Assembly (NCBI GenBank): GCA_002401485.1
Contig: NVTF01000002.1
Coordinates: 4,299 to 68,298, forward strand
From: Elusimicrobiota bacterium
GTDB taxonomy: Bacteria > Elusimicrobiota > Elusimicrobia > UBA1565
Direction of reading: 5' to 3'
DNA length: 64,000 bases
This document shows positions 28,716 through 37,160 of the stretch, piece after piece (positions within the stretch are counted from its first letter, which is position 1; each line of letters begins with the position of its first letter). The notes beneath the pieces were generated by a model. It was not told where the DNA came from, ran no database searches, and saw only the letters and a list, made by a program, of their open reading frames with translations. Position numbers and translations under genes: made by a program.

Positions 28716-29918
28716 GTGGCTCTCATGCTTAAGACATCTTTTAGTCTAGTGTCCGCGTTCGCATTGCTGCTGTCGCTCGTTTCACCGGCATCGGCACGCG
28801 TCGTCATTGGAGCCGCCGCTCGCTCCGCAACGATCGCCCCCGCACCGCTCGGCGCATTCCGCGCCCCCTTGGTCAACCCAGGCATCGGTGCGCCTACCCT
28901 CATTGCGCCTTCATTAAGCCTGGATGTCGGTCTACCGACCTTGCTTCCGGTGCTGACACAAGGACTTCCGATGACCGCCGCGCCGAAAGTACACGTGCAG
29001 AAAACCGCACCAGCACCCGCAGCCCTGCGGCGGGAATTCAAACCGCTTCCCGGAATACAAACAACTGTGCGCACGGATAATAAGAAGGTCCCGCTGCGCC
29101 AAACCCTTGAAGCAACGGCAAAAGATTCCAAGTCCGTCGCGAAAATGAATTTGGGCGCCGCGCGTTTTAACGCGGGACGCTTATTCGACGGAACGGGCAA
29201 CCACCGCGGACTGGTCAACGCCGCCGATGCGCAAAGCTGGCGCAATCCGGATTGGTCGGAAGACCGGCGCATCAACCGCGCACTTCGCAGCCTTTACGAT
29301 TCAGAAACCGGATCAGCCCTCTACAATGACGTTCGCAGCAACCAACCCGACCTCCGCATTCGTGTAGACACCGCCCGCGATTCCTACTACGACGCCCGCA
29401 TGCGCTGGGAAGACGGGAACCCGGTCCTTTACCTAACCGAGTCGCTTGTCGACAATGAATCGAAGGAAGCCCTCGCCGCCTACATCGCACGGGAATTCAC
29501 AGACCTGTACTTCATCGACTTCCCGGCTTCCGTAGAAATGAATTATCTCGCCCACGGATCGATGCTCCGCGTATTTGCAGAACTCACCGACAGCGGGAGA
29601 TCGAGGTACAACTATTGGTGGGACCAATCCAAGGACCAGCGCGTCGGCGATTCCTACGCGTTTGAAAGTTATTACGGCTCCTGGAAAACGGCCGCGTACA
29701 ACAAGGAACGCTTCGGAACAGCCGTCCGCCGCTCGGAATTTTTCCGTTATCTGAAAAACCAAGACATCTCAAATAAGGATCCGAACTCAAGCAAAACAAT
29801 CCACCAGCACTACCAAAACGGAGACATCAGCTACTCCACTTATCGCAGGTTCGCCAAGCAATTCGGGGAACTCACGGATGCCGAAGCCTCATGGTTCGGC
29901 GACACGGGACGCTGGTAA
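28716..29918 (+). CDS. Secreted hypothetical protein with the shared N-terminal module
   Basis: Signal peptide, a Pro/Ala/Leu-rich module ending RLFDGTGNHRGLVNAADAQ, and a C-terminal Tyr/Trp-rich domain of unknown function. Confidence 0.6.
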   Translation: MALMLKTSFSLVSAFALLLSLVSPASARVVIGAAARSATIAPAPLGAFRAPLVNPGIGAPTLIAPSLSLDVGLPTLLPVLTQGLPMTAAPKVHVQKTAPAPAALRREFKPLPGIQTTVRTDNKKVPLRQTLEATAKDSKSVAKMNLGAARFNAGRLFDGTGNHRGLVNAADAQSWRNPDWSEDRRINRALRSLYDSETGSALYNDVRSNQPDLRIRVDTARDSYYDARMRWEDGNPVLYLTESLVDNESKEALAAYIAREFTDLYFIDFPASVEMNYLAHGSMLRVFAELTDSGRSRYNYWWDQSKDQRVGDSYAFESYYGSWKTAAYNKERFGTAVRRSEFFRYLKNQDISNKDPNSSKTIHQHYQNGDISYSTYRRFAKQFGELTDAEASWFGDTGRW

Positions 29919-29937
29919 GCGGGACTAGGAGAACATC

Positions 29938-31626
29938 ATGAACTTCAAACATTGGATGCCGGTACTGTTGGCTCTCGCGGTTGGTTCTGCTCCCGCCGCC
30001 GCCCTTGAAGACAAACCCGTCCCGAAGGATTGGACGACGCTTCAAGGATCGATCAGCGGCGTGACTCGCTACCGAACCGTCGATGTGCAAGACGACGAGA
30101 CGTGGCAGAAACTCTGGAAGGAGCACACGGCCCTCCATAGCGAAGCCCCGCCTGCGCCGTTTGTGGACTTCAAGGACGAACGCGTCATTGCGATCTTCTT
30201 GGGATCACGAGCCTACGGCCACGGTGTCGATCTTGCAGTGAAGCGAAACAAGACGGCTGATTCGCTGACGGTCTTTGTTAAGGAAGGCAAACCGAGCAAG
30301 AACCGCGGATTCGGTATTACGATGATGGAGCAGCCGTACGTGTTCCGTCGTGAAACCAAGGAATTCACAACGGTGATCTTTCCGACGATGCCTGGAGCGC
30401 TGTCGGCTCCGACCGCCCAAGTAGAGAAAAAGATTCCCGCTCCAAAAAAAATCGCCCAGACCGCCCACAAAACCATCGCGGCATGGACCGAGAACCTTTC
30501 GGGCCTCCGCGATTCCGTCGCTTCTTTAGGAACCGTTTACGACGGCTCGTCCGCTAAAACAGCGGCGGCATCCGTCGTTCTTGTCGGCGGCAAACCATTG
30601 CCGGGGCAACGCCAGGAACAGGGCAAACCACTTCCAGGCGATCGGCAAGAAACGGGAAAACCGTTGCCGGGCCAACAACCCCCGAAGCGGGACAAACCTC
30701 TCCCGGGCCAAGGCGGTGGCGGAAAACCGCTGCCGGGCCAAGGCGGCGGGAAGCCGCTTCCAGGCGGCGGCACCGTTCGTCATCCGCGACCATCTTATCC
30801 GGGTGGTCCGTTGCCGAGCAACGATCCACGACTGGAAGGCGCCGACCGGACCTACTCAACCTACGGGATGCAGTATGTCGGCTACTGGAACGGCAAGACC
30901 TACTACAAGACGAGCCAAGGCACGCTTGACCGTTCGGGTAAAAATCCGGGCACTCGCTACACCCTGACGCTCACCAGTCGCCGGGTCAAAAAGCAATACG
31001 ACTTCTATTACAGCGCTGCGGATAAGGCGTATTACTGGGTACCTGACGAGACTCCGGTATCGGGCCGCAGAACACGCGATCTCAGCATTGTGTTCAGCAA
31101 CACGGCCAACAAGCCGCTGCACCCGTGGGAATCGGAACGCTTCGTATTCTCGTTGACGGGCTCTCAGCTTTCGCTTGACAGCCAGAAGGGCGCCTACCGC
31201 TACACAGGCACCTTCACCAGCGACGCCAACGACGCGACCGTTGTGACCGCCCACCTGACCGCAGGCGCAAAAGTCCTCACGGCAGCGGATCCGAAAGGAG
31301 TCAGCCTCGGCATTCAGTCGACGGGCTCGAGACTCAAGTTCGTTGTCACCGACAAGTGGGGCGACGAATACGCCGGCGAAACAATTGAAATCGCCGCTGT
31401 TGTGCGATGGGACGACGGCAGCCGGTGGCGACGCGACCCCATCATCATCAAATACACACAACGCTCACCGCTCCAGCTCACTACGGCGAAATCCGTTGAA
31501 TCGACCTTCACCACCAATAAACGAGGCAAACACTACATCGAATCCTGGTCATTTCGGCGCGCAAACAGCCAAATCAGCTCAAGCCGCTGGATAAACAAGG
31601 GGAAGGGAAACAGCGTTACACACTAA
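29938..31626 (+). CDS. Secreted protein with G-K-P-L-P-G-Q heptad repeats (hypothetical)
   Basis: 562 aa with a signal peptide; six tandem GKPLPG(Q/D/G) units (nt 30589-30772); Tyr/Trp-rich C-terminal domain. Confidence 0.6.
   Translation: MNFKHWMPVLLALAVGSAPAAALEDKPVPKDWTTLQGSISGVTRYRTVDVQDDETWQKLWKEHTALHSEAPPAPFVDFKDERVIAIFLGSRAYGHGVDLAVKRNKTADSLTVFVKEGKPSKNRGFGITMMEQPYVFRRETKEFTTVIFPTMPGALSAPTAQVEKKIPAPKKIAQTAHKTIAAWTENLSGLRDSVASLGTVYDGSSAKTAAASVVLVGGKPLPGQRQEQGKPLPGDRQETGKPLPGQQPPKRDKPLPGQGGGGKPLPGQGGGKPLPGGGTVRHPRPSYPGGPLPSNDPRLEGADRTYSTYGMQYVGYWNGKTYYKTSQGTLDRSGKNPGTRYTLTLTSRRVKKQYDFYYSAADKAYYWVPDETPVSGRRTRDLSIVFSNTANKPLHPWESERFVFSLTGSQLSLDSQKGAYRYTGTFTSDANDATVVTAHLTAGAKVLTAADPKGVSLGIQSTGSRLKFVVTDKWGDEYAGETIEIAAVVRWDDGSRWRRDPIIIKYTQRSPLQLTTAKSVESTFTTNKRGKHYIESWSFRRANSQISSSRWINKGKGNSVTH
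30589..30772 (+). repeat. Tandem 21-27-nt coding repeat (GKPLPGQ x6)
   Basis: ggcaaaccattgccggggcaa / ggcaaaccacttccaggcgat / ggaaaaccgttgccgggccaa ... read directly from the sequence. Confidence 0.8.
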
Positions 31627-31644
31627 CGTTATCGGACAAAGGAG

Positions 31645-31680
31645 AAAAAATACCCGGCTCTCAGCCGGGTATTTTTTTTG
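31645..31680 (+). terminator. Rho-independent terminator
   Basis: Stem AAAATACCCGGCT / AGCCGGGTATTTT with loop ctc, followed by TTTTTTTT. Confidence 0.75.
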
Positions 31681-31834
31681 GAATTGAAGACCGTTTCTCC
31701 ACTTTTTCTCACAAAGTGGAACTTTTTTGTCAGTAAAACGCATTTATTTGACGAAACCAACGCGAAAACCAATAAGAACGAGAAATTCTAGTTTAAAAAA
31801 GTAGAAACAATGCGATTCTGGAGAAACGGTCTCA

Positions 31835-32605
31835 TTATGGACCTAGTTTGACGGGGGCGGACCAGAACCATTTTAGGGATAGGTCGCTGTTGCGGCCTTC
31901 GGTTAGGCCGAGGGTTTTAAGATCTTCATCGTCGGCCTCAGCGAAGGTTCCAAACATATGATCCCACCAGAGGAAAATCGTTGAGTAGTTGTTGTCGCGT
32001 GTCCGGACCGCGACTGTGTGATGGGCGGCGTGCAGACGCGGGGTCATATGCACCCACCGGATGATATTTTCAAGCGGACCGAGACGGATGTTCGCGTGAT
32101 GGAACATCGCATAGAATGTGATTGCGATCTCAAATACAACAAAGGCCAGCATCGACGGACCCCAAATTAAAATCCACGAGGCTTTAAAAACCGTGGAAGC
32201 AGCAAACTCGAGGATATGAAATCGCAGTGTTGTGGTGACGTCAACATGTGTGTCGTAATGATGGGTTCTATGGAAACGCCATAACAGGGGAACGTTGTGA
32301 TTCCATCGATGCATCCAATAATCGAAAAAATCGAACAACACCAGCGTCACGATGACATCCACCCACCCACTGGCGCCGAGTGCCGGACCGATCCCCCACT
32401 CCCGCGCGTGCACAGTCGTTGCCAGCCACATTAACGGAGGAACAAATATAAAACGCATGAGAATCTGATTGAGCAAAGCAACCAAGCCGTGAAATCCGAG
32501 TCGTTTCACTCGAGAAACCCGCCAGGGCCGAGCCGGAAAAAAAGATTCGACAAGAAGCATCAACGCGAGCATTCCGAAGAATGCCGCCAATCGCCAGAAA
32601 ATCAA
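31835..32605 (-). CDS. Fatty-acid hydroxylase / sterol desaturase superfamily membrane protein
   Basis: His boxes HRWNH, HRTHHYD and HAAHH in a multi-TM protein. Confidence 0.75.
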   Translation of the reverse strand: MIFWRLAAFFGMLALMLLVESFFPARPWRVSRVKRLGFHGLVALLNQILMRFIFVPPLMWLATTVHAREWGIGPALGASGWVDVIVTLVLFDFFDYWMHRWNHNVPLLWRFHRTHHYDTHVDVTTTLRFHILEFAASTVFKASWILIWGPSMLAFVVFEIAITFYAMFHHANIRLGPLENIIRWVHMTPRLHAAHHTVAVRTRDNNYSTIFLWWDHMFGTFAEADDEDLKTLGLTEGRNSDLSLKWFWSAPVKLGP

Positions 32606-33528
32606 AGCTTGAAGGAGCGAAGCGCGCCTTCGAGGTCGCGATGCTCGAAGGGATAACCCTCGGCTTCCAGGCGGGCGGGAATAACTTTCTGTCCACCAAT
32701 TAAAATACTATCGCCCATTTCACCGAACATCAGCCGCACCATAAACTCCGGCAGCGGCAGCACCGTGGGACGACGCAGAACCTTGCCTAAGGTTGCGGTA
32801 AATTCGGCGTTGGTGACGGGAAGCGGGGCAGTTGCATTCACGGGCCCGCGATACGCCTCATCCTCAATGCAGTGCCGAATCGCCCCGGCGACATCATCGA
32901 TGTGAATCCAGCTCATCCACTGCGTCCCATCGCCGATCCTCCCCCCGACGCCGAATTTAAAAGGAAGCAGCATCTTGCCCAAGGCTCCGCCTTCAGTGCT
33001 AATCACCACACCGATGCGCAAATTCACTACGCGAATTCCGGCTTGAAGGGCTTGGGAACAAGCCCCTTCCCAGTCACGACATACCATCGCCAAAAAATCG
33101 TTGCCAAGCGGCGCGGTTTCATCAACCGAGGATTTCCCATGCCCATACACCCCAACAGCGGACGCGCAAACAAGAACCTTGGGCTTACGCGTCAGCCCCG
33201 CAAGCGAAGCGCACAACGCTTTCGTTCCATCAACGCGGCTTTTGCGAATTTTTGCTTTTTTGTTTTCCGACCAGCGCCCGGTCGCGATATTTTCACCGGC
33301 TAAATGGACCACCGCTTCCATGCCTTCCAAGCGAGAAGGCTCGAACACGCCGCGCTCCGGGCTCCAAAGCACCGAGGAACCGGTCTCGGCCTTTCGTGAA
33401 TCCCGCACCAGAGCAACCACATGGTAATCCGAGGCTGTTAGATCTTTTGATACGGCACATCCGACCAAACCGCTCGCACCCGACAAGGCGACCCGCCGTC
33501 GATCAACCATCGCTCTTTTCTTCGGCAA
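32602..33528 (-). CDS. NAD-dependent epimerase/dehydratase family protein (YfcH/SDR39U1-like, TIGR01777)
   Basis: GASGLVG Rossmann motif and a C-terminal DUF1731-like region; 308 aa. Confidence 0.75.
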   Translation of the reverse strand: MPKKRAMVDRRRVALSGASGLVGCAVSKDLTASDYHVVALVRDSRKAETGSSVLWSPERGVFEPSRLEGMEAVVHLAGENIATGRWSENKKAKIRKSRVDGTKALCASLAGLTRKPKVLVCASAVGVYGHGKSSVDETAPLGNDFLAMVCRDWEGACSQALQAGIRVVNLRIGVVISTEGGALGKMLLPFKFGVGGRIGDGTQWMSWIHIDDVAGAIRHCIEDEAYRGPVNATAPLPVTNAEFTATLGKVLRRPTVLPLPEFMVRLMFGEMGDSILIGGQKVIPARLEAEGYPFEHRDLEGALRSFKL

Positions 33529-33703
33529 GGGTTTCCAGCTCAGCCTTATACTTTGCCAGATTATCGTTCATCGACCCGATAAATTTTTCCGCATACTTTT
33601 TCTCAAGATCGCCGTCCTTGTAATATTTAAGTCGGCCCTCAAAATCGGGGATAGACATCTCAAGACCCATGATCACACGTTCTAAATATTCTCGCCGTTC
33701 CAT
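33503..33703 (-). CDS. Small hypothetical protein
   Basis: Charged helical 66-aa product (MERREYLERVIMGLEMSIPDFEGRLKYYKD...). The longer start at 33748 would run through the bcp promoter, so the shorter start is preferred. Confidence 0.35.
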   Translation of the reverse strand: MERREYLERVIMGLEMSIPDFEGRLKYYKDGDLEKKYAEKFIGSMNDNLAKYKAELETLAEEKSDG

Positions 33704-33728
33704 AAAAAACCTTGTTTTTCCGTATAAA

Positions 33729-33757
33729 TTGACAGCTTCCCGACGCATAGTTATACT
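33729..33757 (+). promoter_or_regulatory. Sigma70 promoter for bcp (near-leaderless)
   Basis: TTGACA (33729-33734), a 17-nt spacer, then TATACT (33752-33757), only 6 nt before the ATG at 33764. Confidence 0.55.
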
Positions 33758-33763
33758 TTAAGC

Positions 33764-34237
33764 ATGTCTACAAAAACAACCGTGGAACTGGCTGTCGGTG
33801 ACGCGGCGCCCGCCTTTGACCACCTCGATGGTGCCGGCAAAAAACACACGCTCAGCGACTACAAAGGAAAAACAGTCGTTCTCTATTTTTATCCCAAAGA
33901 CATCACGCCTGGCTGCACCATCGAGGCCTGTGACTTTCGCGACCTCCAGCCTAAATTTCAAAAAAAGGGTGCCGTTGTATTGGGCGTCAGCCCCGACCCG
34001 GCTAAGCTGCATCAGAAGTTCACTGACAAATTCGAACTCAACTTCCCCCTTCTCGTCGACGAAGAAAAGACGCTCTGCAACGCGTATGGCGTCTGGCAGC
34101 TCAAAAAATTTATGGGACGTGAATTCATGGGCGTCGTTCGCTCGACCTTTGTGATTGATCCCAACGGAAAGCTCTCCTATGTGGAATACGGCGTTTCAGC
34201 CAAGGGCCACGCCGAGGCGATGCTTGGAGAACTCTAA
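33764..34237 (+). CDS. bcp: Peroxiredoxin Bcp (thiol peroxidase, AhpC/TSA family)
   Basis: VVLYFYPKDITPGCTIEAC carries the peroxidatic Cys in a typical Bcp context; 157 aa. Confidence 0.9.
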   Translation: MSTKTTVELAVGDAAPAFDHLDGAGKKHTLSDYKGKTVVLYFYPKDITPGCTIEACDFRDLQPKFQKKGAVVLGVSPDPAKLHQKFTDKFELNFPLLVDEEKTLCNAYGVWQLKKFMGREFMGVVRSTFVIDPNGKLSYVEYGVSAKGHAEAMLGEL

Positions 34238-34632
34238 TGGCCGCCCCTCTTAATCCCAAACGCCGCGAAGCTCTCGTCAAAGGCGCCTCCAGGGCCAAAA
34301 TTAAGGCACGCATCGATCTCACCGCCTGCACGGGATGTGAAGTCTGCATCTCAGCCTGCCCAGTGCCCACCTGCATTGAACCCTTTGGCGATAGCATCCA
34401 AACCCGGGGCGTTTACGTTAATTATGACTTATGCATCGGCTGCAAGCTTTGTGTGAAGGATTGCCCTTGGGATACGATTGCCATGGTGCCTACCCCCACG
34501 GTGGCCGGCGAGGTGACTTCGCTGGAGAGCAAGCAGGACGAAACGGCGCTGATCTACGACAACCTCGCGGACCTCGACGAAAGGGTAAGGAAAGCCTTGG
34601 AAAATCGTACTTCCACACCTCCTGCCGCGTAG
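34237..34632 (+). CDS. 2x[4Fe-4S] ferredoxin-like protein
   Basis: Two Cys clusters, CTGCEVCISACP and CIGCKLCVKDCP; start overlaps the bcp stop. Confidence 0.75.
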   Translation: MAAPLNPKRREALVKGASRAKIKARIDLTACTGCEVCISACPVPTCIEPFGDSIQTRGVYVNYDLCIGCKLCVKDCPWDTIAMVPTPTVAGEVTSLESKQDETALIYDNLADLDERVRKALENRTSTPPAA

Positions 34633-34716
34633 TCTTTCACCCTGTCGAAGGAACTACGTGCCCTGAGCCGGTATCTCAAATAAGATAAACACCATTCCTT
34701 CTTGTGAAGAATCGCC

Positions 34717-35400
34717 ATGAAAGACGGAAACTCAAAAGCCCAGACCATCGATAGAGCCAAACGAACGAGGTTCTCTGGATCCCTGATTCTCGCTGGGTTA
34801 CTCGCTGCACTAATCCCTTTGTACGCGCAGGCCGAGATTCATATCCGCGACAGCCTCCAGTGGCAGGCAGCGGATTCTGATTTGATTGTCCAAGGGAAGG
34901 TGCTGAATGTTCGGAAATCCGAACCCTTCAAGGAGGAGGGAGGCGGGATTTCCGTATGGGAAGATGTGTTCATCCAGCCTTCGGCCGTGCTGAAGGGCCG
35001 TGTCCCCAAGCGCCGCTTGCACATCCGCTGGAAATCTCCCAACGCCCCGGACTTTTCAGCCGAACGATGGAAGGCGAGCGAACACGAGCATATATTCTTC
35101 TTGCGGAAGGCGCAATTCCCAGGTCGTCTCAAGAAGGAATGGACCCTCCGTACCGGCGTGTCCGATGCAGTGGACCTCGACGCAGCTAAGGCGCCTTTTT
35201 GGCCCGTCGTCTCACAGGACTTCACGGTCCCCGACACTAGACGCAAAATTCTCAACGCCCTCAAGCGATGGCTCCGTCATGCCAGACGACGCCGATACGA
35301 AGTCAAACAGGTCGAGGCACCCGATGATTCAGCCGCTTCTCAGGCCCTATTTAGCGGGAGCGCGGTCTATTTGCGGATTCCGGTCGAACGGCATAAATAG
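34717..35400 (+). CDS. Hypothetical exported/membrane-anchored protein
   Basis: 227 aa with a hydrophobic N-terminal segment (LILAGLLAALIPLYAQA); no recognisable domain. Confidence 0.5.
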   Translation: MKDGNSKAQTIDRAKRTRFSGSLILAGLLAALIPLYAQAEIHIRDSLQWQAADSDLIVQGKVLNVRKSEPFKEEGGGISVWEDVFIQPSAVLKGRVPKRRLHIRWKSPNAPDFSAERWKASEHEHIFFLRKAQFPGRLKKEWTLRTGVSDAVDLDAAKAPFWPVVSQDFTVPDTRRKILNALKRWLRHARRRRYEVKQVEAPDDSAASQALFSGSAVYLRIPVERHK

Positions 35401-35995
35401 AGTCCAAGCGGCCCCGCCTGCGGGACAAAGGGCGCTTCAGCGGCCTCCCCGGCAGCCTGATTTCCCACCTCATCTGATCTGCCCGGTCTTTCATCCCTCA
35501 TTTTCCGGAGGTCATCCAATGTTGAGCTATGGTGCTCATTATTGACCCATATCGGCTTGACCTGTATCCAAAACCGTATCCAATCGCCAAAAGTGGATAC
35601 GGCTTTGGACAAAGTGGTCACGGTTCTGGGAGATTCTGCTTACGCTTCCTCTTCATGCCACTCCTTCCAAATATACGGAGGGGCCGCACCACAAGGCATA
35701 CCGAGCCGGCTAAGTGCGGACAGCTCAAGCAATTGAACACCTCAAGTACTTTCTATGCCTAGCGGATTACCTTGGTGAGATAAGGGCAATCGGGCCGTCC
35801 AACATTCCCATACTGGGCTAAAGTACTCCCAGAGGCACCAAGTCTTCCCGTCAGCGGCGGGGACCGGAACCTCCTGGGAACACTTATAAGACGGTCTTTT
35901 ACTGTTCCGGAATCTTTCTGGTAATACATGCAGAAATCGTTCAACAAGGTGGGAGTAAGATTGGACCGCACCTACATCCGGTACCAGCCTCAAAA

Positions 35996-37104
35996 ATGAA
36001 CGCGATTCAAGTAGCGGTGGTGGTTGCCGTATGGCTCATGAGCAGGTCGGGTTCGGTCTGGGCGCAAGAAAGCCCAGATAAAGAGTCCCAGAAAGTTAAG
36101 AACCTGACCGAGGAGGTCAATCAAGAACAGCTCCAGACACCCATGAATGCAGGCCGCGCTAGCCTGGAAACTCGACTCAATAGTCTGGAGACCAGGTTGG
36201 ACCAAATGCAAACAGACACGGCATCTGATCTTCGTGTAGTCTGGAAAAATGGTTTCAAGATAATAAGCAGGGACAAGATGTTCGAGTTGATAGTTGGAGG
36301 GCGGGCTCATTTTGATGGAAGATTTCGCCTCGGCCGTAATGATCCCTCTACCAGCACCTTTGACGTACGAAGCGTTCGCATCTTCACGAGAGGGCATCTG
36401 TTCGAGCATTACTATTGGAAAGTCGGGGTCGAGTTTTCTCGCGGTCGCGGAAGGCTACGTTCCGGGTGGCTGGATTTCCGTTACTTCGACGATATCCAAT
36501 TACAAGTAGGGCAGTTCAAGGAACCGTTTGGCCTCGAGGCCCTTACCTCCGGTAAATACGTCAAGTTTTCGGAACGATCCATGGCAACAAAGTTCATCGC
36601 GCCCGCCTTCGGTACTGGTGCAATGCTTCACGGAAGCCTACTCAATACGCGTCTTGGTTATAGCATTGGGATTTTAAACGGCAACGGAAGAAATCGCACC
36701 GATGAAAACGACGACAAAGATTTGGCTGTTCGCTTAAATACCAAGCCGCTCGCTGCTTCCAATGATAATTTACTCAAAGGCATCCAGTTCGGAGGCAGCC
36801 TTACCGTTGGAAATAAGAAGACCACAAGCATTGACGGCTCAGGACCAACGACACAGATGGGAACTCGCTTTTTTACCTTTAACTCTGGTGTTGGCCGCGA
36901 TGGGGAACGGATTAGGCAGGGCTTGGAGGCTGCTTGGCATGTTGGTCCATTCGGGATATCTGGCGAATATCTAAAACTCAAAGAAAGACTTTCTAATGGC
37001 GGCATTGGTTCCGCCTCCGGCTCAATCCGGGGTTGGTACGGGACAGCGTTGACGGCAGCATGAGTGAGCGTTCGCTTATGTTTCGTGCCCAGATGGAGTT
37101 TTAG
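35996..37104 (+). pseudogene. Phosphate-selective porin O/P-like outer-membrane barrel, apparent -1 frameshift near the 3' end
   Basis: Signal peptide, coiled N-terminal segment, then porin O/P-like barrel sequence (VVWKNGFKIISRDKMFELIVGGRAHFDGRF...). The annotated frame ends ...GTALTAA* at 37063, without the C-terminal aromatic residue expected for a barrel. The overlapping -1 frame (37060-37104) continues ...SERSLMFRAQMEF*, ending in Phe. Confidence 0.55.
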
Positions 37105-37160
37105 TATCAACAGCGAAAAATCGCTTTACAAAAGGCTCTTCGCGGAAACAGGAGAATGAA

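Noticed and set aside
35401-35995. Possible tRNA, tmRNA or RNase P RNA in the low-GC island
   Set aside because: No GGTTCGAATCC-type T-loop, no tmRNA tag or terminal CCA helix signature, and no RNase P P4 conserved blocks on either strand. Left as an uncharacterised structured region in the findings.
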